Sequence record: NC_104190.1
Length of the DNA stretch: 64,000 nt
Source of the DNA: Escherichia phage IME178
Strand: one strand, 5' to 3'
In this document: positions 26,814 to 36,014 of the stretch, in pieces
Numbering within the stretch: position 1 is the stretch's first letter
How the letters are laid out: each line of letters opens with the position of its first letter
Program-made: the position numbers and the translations under genes
Notes under the pieces: generated by a model
Seen by the model: only the letters and a program-made list of their open reading frames with translations
Told to the model about the DNA's origin: nothing
Database searches by the model: none

Positions 26814-27332
26814 TTAGAAATTTAGCTTCATAGCAAGAAAATTTTTCAAGTTTTCGGTAGACATCTCATCCACATCTACGGGAGAAACAAAGCCGTTTAA
26901 TTTTCTAGCAAATTTTTCACCATCGGGATCATTGTCACCAATAGCTATCAATTTAAAAGGTAGTAATTTCAGTTGCTTTAATAATGCTTTTCCCGGAGAA
27001 GAACCCAACATTGCTAGGGCGGGATAACCAGCGTTATGTAACGCAACTGCCTTAAATACAGATTCAGCAATCAATACTACTTTTTCATCTCCATTGAGAG
27101 TTTCTAGCCCCCATACACACTGTGTAGTAGAATGGGTAAAATATTTAGCTTCAAATGGGCACTTACCCTGCCTTTTGGGAGCAGAGGGATTATAAGTCTG
27201 ATAGCCTCTCAACATCCCAGAGAAGTCATACAACGGGACTGTTAGCCATCCTTCCGGACTTAACCAGCAATGATATTTATCTGTATCAAATCCCCTAGAT
27301 AAGAGGTGCTGTATTAGCTCATCAACATTCAT
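26814..27332 (-). CDS. Toprim-domain protein
   Basis: Start moved to ATG 27332 (AGGAGA RBS); conserved Glu in VVLIAES and DxD in IAIGDNDPDG. Confidence 0.55.
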   Translation of the reverse strand: MNVDELIQHLLSRGFDTDKYHCWLSPEGWLTVPLYDFSGMLRGYQTYNPSAPKRQGKCPFEAKYFTHSTTQCVWGLETLNGDEKVVLIAESVFKAVALHNAGYPALAMLGSSPGKALLKQLKLLPFKLIAIGDNDPDGEKFARKLNGFVSPVDVDEMSTENLKNFLAMKLNF

Positions 27333-27371
27333 ATTTGATCTCCTAGTTAGATTTACAAATACATTATATAG

Positions 27372-27406
27372 AAAAGCCCTGCGCTCTCCAGGGAACGCAG
27401 GGCTCA
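27372..27406 (-). terminator. rho-independent terminator
   Basis: Hairpin GCCCTGCG/CGCAGGGC followed by a T-run on the minus strand. Confidence 0.55.
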
Positions 27407-27428
27407 CTTCAGATGTTACGTGCGGATA

Positions 27429-28376
27429 TTATTTATTACGCATATCCATGATCATTTGACCATCGTAGCCAGTACCTACCACAGTCTGAGGCACACCACC
27501 TTGATACTTCTGAGCACGGATCATTTCAACTTCCAGTTGCTTCCAGCGAATCATCTCAGGAGTAATGGTACGTTGCAATGCGGCGTTAGCTTCAGCTTCT
27601 TTCTTAGCTGCGTACAATTTAGCATCTGCGTCACGTTCATTAGCAATAGCTTGGTTGTTGCGAGCTTCACGATCTGCTTCTGCTTGTTTAACTTTTTGCT
27701 GTGCTTCCTGTTCAACACGAGCTAATTCAGCTTTAGCAGCATTAACTTGCTCTTCACGAACTTTGGTATTCTGTACCTGTTCCATGATTACCGGTGGCAA
27801 AGTAATATCCTGAAGGAACACCTGCTTAACTGTGTAACCATATGGGCGTGCATACTCTTCAACTTCCTGTTGAATTGCAGTTTGCAATTGAGCCTGAATT
27901 TTAGCATCAAACAAATCTTGTGCTTTAGGTACAGACTTACCAAACTCACGAATAGTAGACAGTAATTTTTCAGTTACATATTTGTCTAACGCTTGATCCT
28001 GAGTACCTGCATTAATACGGTTAATCGGTGCTTTAGAACCATCAAACTGCAACATAACAGTCAGGTCAACAGTGGATTTAAACTTATCCTGACTAGGAAC
28101 CTGAAGTTTATCTAATTTCAGAGCAATATCTTTAGTACTAAAAGTATCAAAAGAAGCAAAAGGATTTACAATATGAAAGCCCGGCAATACAGGGTTAGGA
28201 TCAACTTTACCCAAGAAAGTCTGGGTCTTAACAGTACCGTCTTGAACAACGGTATAGGAGTTAAGAGCTAGAACTAAACCTGCTAAACCAACTACAGCAC
28301 CAATACCCCAACGTTTAATAGTGCGAATTACTTTTTGCTCAGAAGTCAATTCTTTCATATTTTTAGTATTAAACAT
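27429..28376 (-). CDS. SPFH/band-7 (prohibitin/HflC-like) membrane protein
   Basis: N-terminal transmembrane anchor, SPFH-like core, long Ala/Glu/Gln-rich coiled coil. Confidence 0.65.
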   Translation of the reverse strand: MFNTKNMKELTSEQKVIRTIKRWGIGAVVGLAGLVLALNSYTVVQDGTVKTQTFLGKVDPNPVLPGFHIVNPFASFDTFSTKDIALKLDKLQVPSQDKFKSTVDLTVMLQFDGSKAPINRINAGTQDQALDKYVTEKLLSTIREFGKSVPKAQDLFDAKIQAQLQTAIQQEVEEYARPYGYTVKQVFLQDITLPPVIMEQVQNTKVREEQVNAAKAELARVEQEAQQKVKQAEADREARNNQAIANERDADAKLYAAKKEAEANAALQRTITPEMIRWKQLEVEMIRAQKYQGGVPQTVVGTGYDGQMIMDMRNK

Positions 28377-28410
28377 ATATTTCCTTTGTTTTAGCTACAG
28401 TTAATAAAAT

Positions 28411-28485
28411 TGGCCGAGGTGACAGGATTCGAACCTGCATAAAGGAATTTAGAAGACTCCTGCCTCTCCCTTAGACTACACCCCG
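28411..28485 (-). tRNA. tRNA-Arg (anticodon UCU)
   Basis: T-arm GCAGG-TTCGAAT-CCTGT, anticodon arm AGGAGT-CTTCTAA-ATTCCT, CCA. Confidence 0.65.
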
Positions 28486-28984
28486 TTTAAGTATTTTTAA
28501 GAACTCTCGTAAAAACTCTTAAAAATACAGACGATACCGGGAGAGTCATAAGTCTCACTCATTAAGTATTTCAAGACAAAATACAGTAACGTCTATTATT
28601 TTCCAGTTTAAGTCAGGGTGACTTAGTGGTTATGTCCTGCGGTATATTGAGGACTCGGTTAGGCTTGGGGTCATGACTTCCCGCCTTTTGCTGCTACTCA
28701 ACAGGAGTTATCGCGAATTACCTGTGCTATTGTGCACCATTAGTGGCATCTCTCATGCCAGCATTTCCCACTTTATGGATAGCTTGAAAAACTACTCCGA
28801 TATGGAGGAAAAACTTCACTATCTAGAATACCTTCTAAAGTTCTTCTTTAGCCTGGACATAGTTAAATCGTAATAAAACTATTCAGCAGACTGGTTGGTT
28901 AGTCTGGAACCAACTACCGCGTGGTTTAGGCAGTGCGCAACTAACCTCGGAAGCTTTTACGTTAAAAGCATCAGTTATCCAGTT

Positions 28985-29066
28985 CTTACCGACCGTAGGA
29001 TTCGAACCTACATCTTCCACCAGTTACGGCTTGATAATACCAATTATACTAGGACGGCAGTGTTAC
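28985..29066 (-). other. tRNA-like element, possible pseudo-tRNA
   Basis: T-arm GTAGG-TTCGAAT-CCTAC and D-arm-like AGTATAATTGG, but no anticodon stem found and no CCA. Confidence 0.3.
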
Positions 29067-29104
29067 TACATAAGTGATTTCCACACCCCACTATTTATAA
29101 ATTA

Positions 29105-29165
29105 GAGAGTAATTTCTATCTAATTTATGAATATATTATACAGAATTTATAAGCATTTAGCAAAT
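29105..29165 (-). promoter_or_regulatory. T5-type sigma70 promoter upstream of the tRNA cluster
   Basis: Minus-strand TTGCTA, 17 bp, TATAAT (29135-29140), conserved leader. Confidence 0.5.
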
Positions 29166-29171
29166 GAATTT

Positions 29172-29606
29172 TTAGAAAAATTCGCTAGCAATCAAAGCAG
29201 TTGTTTTACCATCATAACGCCCTGGAAACTCTGCCTTAATGGTTTTCATTAAGAGAGCTTTGGTGATACCGGGGTTTAGCTTAACCAGTTCTGCAAAATA
29301 CTTACGAATTTCAGTTTCAGTCAGTTGACTTGGCTGATACTCTTGCAGCATGGAATAAAGCAGTTGCTCATAGTCTACATCAGCAGGAACTTTCGTACCA
29401 ACTTTAATAGTGCGCTGTTTTGCATTTTCTAAAGCCTTAATCTGAGCTTTCAGATAGGCTACGAACTCGGTTCGAGTAATAATGTCTTTATCAATACGTT
29501 GCAAATCACCAATCATGGTCTGAAGATTAAGCGCCCGCTCTTTATCACCGTGAGTACGTGCTAGACTAAGCAGTCCACGAAGGGTCATTAGGATATTTTC
29601 ACCCAT
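29172..29606 (-). CDS. hypothetical protein (144 aa)
   Basis: ORF; ATG overlaps the stop of the upstream small ORF. Confidence 0.5.
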   Translation of the reverse strand: MGENILMTLRGLLSLARTHGDKERALNLQTMIGDLQRIDKDIITRTEFVAYLKAQIKALENAKQRTIKVGTKVPADVDYEQLLYSMLQEYQPSQLTETEIRKYFAELVKLNPGITKALLMKTIKAEFPGRYDGKTTALIASEFF

Positions 29607-29776
29607 TATTTCATCCCCAATGCTTGGTTAAAAGATTGCTCTGTCATAACTGCTGAGACTTTGGCGAAATCAAACTTTTTAGGGTTCGTAGTGATTTCAG
29701 CAACGTTAGAAGTTTTAACAGTTTTCGTAGTACGAATACCGCGAGTGTTAACACCAATAATTACAACTGATTTCAT
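29606..29776 (-). CDS. small hypothetical protein (56 aa)
   Basis: ATG 29776 with GAGAGGAAG RBS in the conserved leader; stop overlaps next gene's ATG. Confidence 0.4.
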   Translation of the reverse strand: MKSVVIIGVNTRGIRTTKTVKTSNVAEITTNPKKFDFAKVSAVMTEQSFNQALGMK

Positions 29777-29844
29777 ATTTCGCTTCCTCTCATTAATTTA
29801 TGGAAGTATTATACGGAAATTTAAGTATTTAAGCAAGTAAATTT

Positions 29845-30312
29845 TTAAGTTTTAGTGACAACAGGTTTATAAAACGTATGTCCCTTAATCTTAGTTGTTT
29901 TCTTAAATTTCTTTGTCCAGTAAGGTTTATCTTTACCACTATGGAAGTATAGTGCTCCATGTGTAGGATCTTGTGGTAAATCAACGTAGTATATCACTCT
30001 AGCTAAATTCTTAGCGGTTTGCCAAGCCTCATCAGTTTTATCAACTTTTGGTCTCTTAGATACCCAAGAGAACTGGTTAGACTGATATACTACTTTACAG
30101 TAGGAATCTGGGAATTTACCGGAGTTTACACGGTTTTTAGTAACATGTGCAATCGCCGTCATCCCCTTTATGCCCTCACCACGACTTTCGAAATAGATAT
30201 TTTTAGCAATGCAATCTATTTCTTTTGCATCGTGCGATGCCTGACTACTAAAGCTGAAGGTAAGGGCAGCTACTAAAAGCAAAGCTGCCTTCATTCTTTT
30301 TACTCCTGCCAA
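29845..30312 (-). CDS. secreted cell-wall hydrolase (SleB-like)
   Basis: Signal peptide MKAALLLVAALTFSFSSQA; body resembles SleB/hydrolase-2 family by memory. Confidence 0.55.
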   Translation of the reverse strand: MAGVKRMKAALLLVAALTFSFSSQASHDAKEIDCIAKNIYFESRGEGIKGMTAIAHVTKNRVNSGKFPDSYCKVVYQSNQFSWVSKRPKVDKTDEAWQTAKNLARVIYYVDLPQDPTHGALYFHSGKDKPYWTKKFKKTTKIKGHTFYKPVVTKT

Positions 30313-30617
30313 TCATATTCAACACGATTGGGGTTTTCTTTATACCCTAAGTCAAGCAAATCATTACGCATAGTTTGCTTAGCTACTGGGTTCGAGGTTA
30401 CTAGTACCACTTTCTTTGGTCTCTGCCCAAATTCTAAGAGTAAACGAAGAATTTGATAACCTTCCATACCATCTACAGCCAAGTCATTATCCATATAAAC
30501 GAAATGGCCTGTGGTATCAGTTTTATTCAGAAACTCTATAGCGGCTTCTGGGGTTCGAATGATAATGTCCATTCCGTGAAGATTACGCACATCATCAATC
30601 AAAATATGAAAAGTCAT
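30300..30617 (-). CDS. stand-alone receiver-like (CheY/REC-like) domain protein
   Basis: Alternating beta/alpha pattern with DD (LIDDV), D (YMDNDL) and T (VVLVTS) at REC positions. Confidence 0.45.
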   Translation of the reverse strand: MTFHILIDDVRNLHGMDIIIRTPEAAIEFLNKTDTTGHFVYMDNDLAVDGMEGYQILRLLLEFGQRPKKVVLVTSNPVAKQTMRNDLLDLGYKENPNRVEYDWQE

Positions 30618-31059
30618 AATAGCCTCGTTTCATCAATTTAAAAATATATTATACAGATAACTTAGTAAATTAGCAAATACATTTTTAAATTGTGAAACTA
30701 GTAAACCGATAAACAGCCTAGAGGCGCCACAGGCCATATCTTATGAGCCATGTACCTTTAATCTAGGGTTTGAATCATCAACGAATACTTTGCATCTTTT
30801 AGCTTTAGAAGTTTAGAAGTTTGAGTTCTTTAAACTTTTCAGCTTTCATACTTAAATGTTGATCTTTGAAGTTGTGTCGGTAATATCAACGACGCTTTGT
30901 TCTTACGTGTCAGCTTAAAAGGCTGGTGTAATAAACATAATCTCCAATAGATTATACTTTATAGTATGGTCAGCGGTCCTATTTAACCTCGTATTTCAAC
31001 CGCTGCTGCGAGGTAAGATGCTTGGGCTTTCGTCTACCGATTTACTAGCTTTTAAATTA

Positions 31060-31413
31060 TTACTCTACTTCAATGAAGGTAGAGGCGTTAGACTCGGACA
31101 GAACAAAGTCAACATTTGTTGCAAAGTCCTGATATTCCTCGTCATGCTGCTTAATCAGCTTTTCCAGTTCCAGCGGATCAATCAAGAATGGAGTATTCTT
31201 GAGTTCCAGCAGGTTGAGCTGCATTTTAACTTCATCTTCGGAAGTTTTTCTTATCGCGGGTAGCCATGCTATCCTGCAAACGCTCATATTTAGCATCAAA
31301 CTGTGCTTTCTGCGTATTAAACTTAACCGTGGCGGCATGGAACTGCTTACGCATGTTAGCCAGCAGTTGGGCTTTAAGTTCCATAGAACGCTTAGCTTCA
31401 ATTGCTTCCGCAA
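31060..31413 (-). CDS. hypothetical protein, probable C-terminal fragment
   Basis: Overlaps the upstream ORF by 182 nt in another frame; frames meet at an A5 run. Confidence 0.4.
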   Translation of the reverse strand: MRKQLKLSVLWNLKPNCWLTCVSSSMPPRLSLIRRKHSLMLNMSVCRIAWLPAIRKTSEDEVKMQLNLLELKNTPFLIDPLELEKLIKQHDEEYQDFATNVDFVLSESNASTFIEVE

Positions 31414-31699
31414 CAGTCATCTTACGAGAGCCAATCTCAACGATTGTTTCCGCATTGCTTTTAATCAGAGCAGCTTTGATACGATCACGCTGGGACATCA
31501 TATCCAGCAGAGACTGGAAATCAGTCTTAATACGAGTAGACAGATCAGCTACTTCGATTGCAGCGCCAACTACAACCTGGTTTTTATCCTTACCTTCACC
31601 AACAGCGATCAGAAGCTGCTGTTCAGTAGCTTTACGGATTTTAGCTTCCAGAGATTTGATAGTTGCCAGAGCGCGAGTTTTAGAAATACGAGTAGTCAT
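31232..31699 (-). CDS. hypothetical coiled-coil protein (155 aa)
   Basis: ORF with charged helical composition. Confidence 0.5.
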   Translation of the reverse strand: MTTRISKTRALATIKSLEAKIRKATEQQLLIAVGEGKDKNQVVVGAAIEVADLSTRIKTDFQSLLDMMSQRDRIKAALIKSNAETIVEIGSRKMTVAEAIEAKRSMELKAQLLANMRKQFHAATVKFNTQKAQFDAKYERLQDSMATRDKKNFRR

Positions 31700-31752
31700 T
31701 ATTTGCTTCCTTATATGAAGTTTGAGATTTGAATTTGTTTAAAGTTGGCCTA

Positions 31753-31935
31753 TTACAGACCAATTGCCAGCAGAGTGCGCAGAACAGTATCATTACTGTT
31801 ATCAATTTTAGGATTAGCACGATTTAGCAGATCAAAGATTTTCTGGATACCTGATTGACGTTCAGCCATACAACGGATACCCAGATTACGAGTAGCTTTC
31901 TTACCATTTTTACGAACATTTTTAGATACTGGCAT
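31753..31935 (-). CDS. small basic protein (60 aa)
   Basis: Lys/Arg-rich ORF. Confidence 0.4.
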   Translation of the reverse strand: MPVSKNVRKNGKKATRNLGIRCMAERQSGIQKIFDLLNRANPKIDNSNDTVLRTLLAIGL

Positions 31936-32005
31936 ATATGTTTTCCTTTTATTGTTTTCTCAAATTTATGAATATATTATACAGAATTTTGGGGCCGGAA
32001 GCAAA

Positions 32006-32707
32006 TCAAATTTTCATTTTTTCGATCATAGCTGCAACACAATAGCTTTCAACTAAGGCATCAAATGCAGGGTCATGCTTAGCTGGATAGATCCCATAAC
32101 GAATAGTGTCCATCTTCTCCATTTTAGCTATTGCCCAGCTAATACCTTCGGTCTCTAGAGCTTTATAACTGTACCCAGCTTGCATCCAGAGATTACGAAG
32201 AGATCGAACATTACCCAAATTCCAGAATTTCCACGGAACTACCTCTTCATTAGTTCCAGCATGGAACGTGTTTGCAGAGTAGATAGTCATATCAAACTCT
32301 GGACCATTGCCATAATACAAAGCATTTTCGCCTAGAGCCAACTCCATAATATTTTGAGCCATAGAGAAGGCAGCATAGTTTGAGCCAAATTTATTAGTGC
32401 AATTATGTTTACCATTTTGGAAGGCAATCAGTTTTGGATTACGTTCTTTCATGGCTTCCATAATGTGGATAGCAGACGGGCTATTTTTAGCTTGATCCAT
32501 CCAGAATGCTAGAGTAGATGCTGTAACTTTGGCACCAGAATTAAGCTGATCCTGCACATCCAAAGTAGCAAATACTAAGTCAGGGTCTTTATCAATCCCA
32601 TGCATAGCCACAAAAGCGAAAGAAGGCATTACGATATGAGTAGTACCACAATCTCCTGGAGTTCCTAGAGATTCAATATCTAGCATACCAAATGGTTTTA
32701 CTTTCAT
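32006..32707 (-). CDS. DEDD-type 3-prime to 5-prime exonuclease (DexA-like)
   Basis: N-terminal MLDIESLG (Exo I-like DxE) and C-terminal H/D motifs, like T4 DexA. Confidence 0.55.
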   Translation of the reverse strand: MKVKPFGMLDIESLGTPGDCGTTHIVMPSFAFVAMHGIDKDPDLVFATLDVQDQLNSGAKVTASTLAFWMDQAKNSPSAIHIMEAMKERNPKLIAFQNGKHNCTNKFGSNYAAFSMAQNIMELALGENALYYGNGPEFDMTIYSANTFHAGTNEEVVPWKFWNLGNVRSLRNLWMQAGYSYKALETEGISWAIAKMEKMDTIRYGIYPAKHDPAFDALVESYCVAAMIEKMKI

Positions 32708-32735
32708 AACTTATCCTTTATTGTGTAGAAAACTA

Positions 32736-32972
32736 TTAAAGAGCTGTCTCTTTAATAGACTCCCACTTCTTGGGGTCTTTAAAACCAGGAAGCATATCCT
32801 CACTGACATCCCAGTTCTCTTCCATAGAGAAGTCGGGCCAGTCATTCCAGCTACCTTCCAGCTCTTCATAACAGGTATCCATTACTTCATGACTAGAAAG
32901 TCGTGTATAATCCCTAGCGGACTTATGGGTGCTAGCACGGTTAAAATCATTCTTTGCTACAAAATTACGCAT
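32736..32972 (-). CDS. hypothetical acidic protein (78 aa)
   Basis: ORF in array. Confidence 0.4.
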   Translation of the reverse strand: MRNFVAKNDFNRASTHKSARDYTRLSSHEVMDTCYEELEGSWNDWPDFSMEENWDVSEDMLPGFKDPKKWESIKETAL

Positions 32973-32984
32973 AGTTTCTCCAAA

Positions 32985-33006
32985 TAAGAGGGGCTTTCGC
33001 CCCTAT
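32985..33006 (-). terminator. rho-independent terminator
   Basis: Hairpin GAGGGGC-TTTC-GCCCCT flanked by a T-run on the minus strand. Confidence 0.55.
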
Positions 33007-33013
33007 TTATCTA

Positions 33014-33529
33014 TTACTTCGCTTTACGCTTGCGAGCTGGTTTAGCAGATTTACGAGCGGAATCACCCGTGAACTTAATGCCTACACCATAACACAGAGC
33101 ACGAACATTATCTTTACTATACTCTACACCAAAGATATTTGGCTTAACAGAACCAAACTGTCCACGAGTATCACGCAATACATCTGCTGTTGGTTTACGC
33201 TTCTGGTTAACTGCCTTCTCATAGTCTTTCATAGACATACCATTACGAGAGAACAATTCAGCCCCAGCATTGAAGCTCAGGGAAACTGGGACAGATTTAT
33301 GGCCGTAATTTTCTACATACATAACCATTTTGTAGGATTTACGGGTGGCATTTTTAGCTTTAGGCTTCTTACGAATCGGAGCCGGATTATTCAGTGCTTG
33401 CGCAGCCTGAGCATCGGTAGGATGCTTACGCAGGTGACGTTCCAGACGAGCTTTGCGATTAGCCTCGGTCTGCGGGAAAGTTTTAACTGCCGGAGCTGCT
33501 TGAGTTTTTGCGTTTTTCTGCTTAGCCAT
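33014..33529 (-). CDS. basic hypothetical protein (171 aa)
   Basis: Lys/Ala-rich termini; promoter motif upstream. Confidence 0.5.
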   Translation of the reverse strand: MAKQKNAKTQAAPAVKTFPQTEANRKARLERHLRKHPTDAQAAQALNNPAPIRKKPKAKNATRKSYKMVMYVENYGHKSVPVSLSFNAGAELFSRNGMSMKDYEKAVNQKRKPTADVLRDTRGQFGSVKPNIFGVEYSKDNVRALCYGVGIKFTGDSARKSAKPARKRKAK

Positions 33530-33544
33530 TATTTATTTTCCTTT

Positions 33545-33605
33545 TTGTTTATCAATTTATGAAATATATTATACGAGAATTTGAAACGTTTAGCAAATGA
33601 ATTTT
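33545..33605 (-). promoter_or_regulatory. T5-type sigma70 promoter
   Basis: Conserved TTGCT -35 / TATAAT -10 / leader motif family. Confidence 0.5.
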
Positions 33606-33612
33606 TTAAAAA

Positions 33613-33891
33613 TTATCTACCAACCATCTTAGCTTGTTCAGCATCTGAGACATATTGATACGCTCCTTTATTATACGCCGGAGCAGTACACATTTTCTTA
33701 CGCTCAATCTCTTCTTGAGCTTTTCTTTCGCGTTCAGCTAATTCTTCGTCCAGATAAACTAAACGTTGTTCTGGAGGGGGTGGAAGACGTGTTTCTGGCT
33801 CACCAATATTAGCCTTTCTTATTTGACGAGGTGATTGTGCACGTTTTCTCAATGGTTTAAATCCTAGTGAATTTGAGTTATAAATTCGCAT
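33613..33891 (-). CDS. hypothetical protein (92 aa)
   Basis: ORF in array. Confidence 0.45.
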   Translation of the reverse strand: MRIYNSNSLGFKPLRKRAQSPRQIRKANIGEPETRLPPPPEQRLVYLDEELAERERKAQEEIERKKMCTAPAYNKGAYQYVSDAEQAKMVGR

Positions 33892-33967
33892 AAAGCCCTC
33901 CTCACTTTCAATACGAATATTATACTAAATTAGAGGGCTTTAAGCAAGAAAATTTTTAATTTATTTA

Positions 33968-34444
33968 TCACATCTCAGCCATTTCAGCTTCAGTAATAAC
34001 TGTATTACATAAGGCATCTACAGCTTCATTACCACTGATACCAGAATGTCCTTTAACCTTAATAAAGGTAGGGTTAGTATTATGAAAGTTGATATACTGC
34101 TGTGTTAATTTAAATGCTTCCTGCCAAAGTTCTAGATTAAGAGGGACTTCACCATCTGCTTTCTTCCAACCTTTCCTTTGCCAAGAAAACATCCAACTTT
34201 CCATACCATTTTTGCAATAAGCAGAGTCAGTATATATAGCAATTGGTCTATTATCTTTTTTAACAGACCAACGTAGGGCTTCTACGATAGCTGTGAGTTC
34301 CATCTCATTATTTGTAGTTTTAGGATTATAACCAGATTTAGAACCTAAACGATCGTCGTTATCATCATAGACAATAAAACCCCAAGCACCTGGACCTGGA
34401 TTAGACTTACAAGCACCATCTGTGTAAATGTGGAAAACCGACAT
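33968..34444 (-). CDS. rnhA: ribonuclease H
   Basis: RNase HI motifs: TDGAC, NNEMEL and KVKGHSG...NEAVD. Confidence 0.85.
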   Translation of the reverse strand: MSVFHIYTDGACKSNPGPGAWGFIVYDDNDDRLGSKSGYNPKTTNNEMELTAIVEALRWSVKKDNRPIAIYTDSAYCKNGMESWMFSWQRKGWKKADGEVPLNLELWQEAFKLTQQYINFHNTNPTFIKVKGHSGISGNEAVDALCNTVITEAEMAEM

Positions 34445-34707
34445 TATTTTTCACCTTCTGTTACAACTCTAGTTTTTGGCGGAATTGGAGGCATTGGTGG
34501 AACTCTTGGGTACTTTCTTTGTGGACCATTTGATGCTAAAGACGGCTCAGGAGGCTTAGGTTTTATAGCCTCTAATTCCCTATCCAAGAATTCCTCTATT
34601 GCTCTATCTACAAAGTAGTCATAAGGTAAATGATAGTATTCTGATAGAGTAAGAAGTTTGTGTTCTTGCCTTTCTGTTAAATAAATTTTCTTTCTAAAGA
34701 GTCCCAT
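34444..34707 (-). CDS. hypothetical Pro-rich protein (87 aa)
   Basis: ORF; stop overlaps rnh start. Confidence 0.4.
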   Translation of the reverse strand: MGLFRKKIYLTERQEHKLLTLSEYYHLPYDYFVDRAIEEFLDRELEAIKPKPPEPSLASNGPQRKYPRVPPMPPIPPKTRVVTEGEK

Positions 34708-34802
34708 ATGTGTACCTCCAATTTATAAAATATATTATATTTAAATTTCACTAAATAAGCAAATGAAATTTAAATATAATAGCCCCGAAGGGGCTATTTG
34801 AG

Positions 34803-35156
34803 CTAAATTATAATTAAGATTATGAGAGCATAGGTTAAGTAATGGAGTAACTGATCAAATCCTAAAGCTATCCAAAACCTGGAATCACTTATATCGTATT
34901 TACAACATTGTGCTTTCCAGTAATCTATGATAAAGTGTAGGATTAATTCCATTATAACTAAAGTTATAGCCATTCCTAGTGATGTGAACATAGTAAGGAT
35001 TATAAAGGTTAATCCAGCATGTACTAGAGAATGAGTTAGTAATGGAAGTTTCCATCCTATTTTGTGAGTCTTCCTTAACATGTATGGGGTTTGGAGGGGA
35101 TAATCAGCCATAAAATGTTTTAGGAAGAATATAACAAATAATAATATTGTAAACAT
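34803..35156 (-). CDS. membrane protein (117 aa)
   Basis: Multiple transmembrane segments. Confidence 0.5.
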   Translation of the reverse strand: MFTILLFVIFFLKHFMADYPLQTPYMLRKTHKIGWKLPLLTHSLVHAGLTFIILTMFTSLGMAITLVIMELILHFIIDYWKAQCCKYDISDSRFWIALGFDQLLHYLTYALIILIII

Positions 35157-35159
35157 ATA

Positions 35160-36014
35160 TTATACCGTAAAGGGGTATGCAATAGCGGGGTGATGTTCGT
35201 AACCACGAACAGTAAAATCATCCTTACTTACCCAGATCAATACATCCTCTAGAGTTCGGATATTTGGGTTGATTTCTAGAGTAGGAGGTGCAAAAGGTTC
35301 ACGATCGAATTGCTTATGCTCCATCAAAACATTATACTGATCCTCATAGATATGAAGATTGATAATCTTCTGGCGTGCAATTCCTGGTTTAAGGCCTGTA
35401 ATCTGTGCCATTAATGCTAGAAGCGTATAGCACTGAACCATGTTAAATACTTGGCCTAGCAGGAAGTCATTAGATCTCTGGAAAGAGTTCAGGTATAATG
35501 TATCTCCCAAAATAGAGAACTGATGAGTGTGCATACATGGACGTAAGCAACCCTTTGAGAACTCCCCCGGATTCCAGAACGTTAGAATTTCCCCACGATC
35601 ATCAATGCCCTTCTTCAGGTTATGGTAAATCTTGGCTAGCTGGTCAAACATAAGACCATCGGAATTAGTCCACTGACGTCCTTGAACACCATAGACTCGT
35701 CCCATATCATCCTCACCTTTACGGTATGGATTGTCTAGCCAAGCTAAGTTTTCATTTGCATTAGCATTCCATGTGTTAACACCAATAGCGCGGAATTGTG
35801 CTGCTGAATCATACCCACGTAGATACCCAATCATTTCCATTATTGCTTGTTTTGCAAACGCCTTACGGGTAGTAATAAGTGGAAATTCACCTGCACCTAC
35901 GTTAAAAGTAAAATCTGCGTCAATAATGGTGAGGCAACGAACCCCTGTTCTAGGATTCGTTACCCACTGACCTTCTGATAGAATACGTTTTCCAACTTCG
36001 ATATACTGATTCAT
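35160..36014 (-). CDS. thyA: thymidylate synthase
   Basis: ThyA-like sequence throughout; sits beside DHFR and RNR genes. Confidence 0.85.
   Translation of the reverse strand: MNQYIEVGKRILSEGQWVTNPRTGVRCLTIIDADFTFNVGAGEFPLITTRKAFAKQAIMEMIGYLRGYDSAAQFRAIGVNTWNANANENLAWLDNPYRKGEDDMGRVYGVQGRQWTNSDGLMFDQLAKIYHNLKKGIDDRGEILTFWNPGEFSKGCLRPCMHTHQFSILGDTLYLNSFQRSNDFLLGQVFNMVQCYTLLALMAQITGLKPGIARQKIINLHIYEDQYNVLMEHKQFDREPFAPPTLEINPNIRTLEDVLIWVSKDDFTVRGYEHHPAIAYPFTV

Noticed and set aside
27565-27965. Plus-strand ORFs inside the SPFH gene
   Set aside because: Antisense shadow ORFs produced by the Ala/Gln-rich coiled-coil coding region.
31199-31732. Plus-strand ORFs 31199-31732 and 31266-31718
   Set aside because: Antisense to minus-strand genes in a uniformly minus-strand block; Ser/Leu-rich low-complexity translations.
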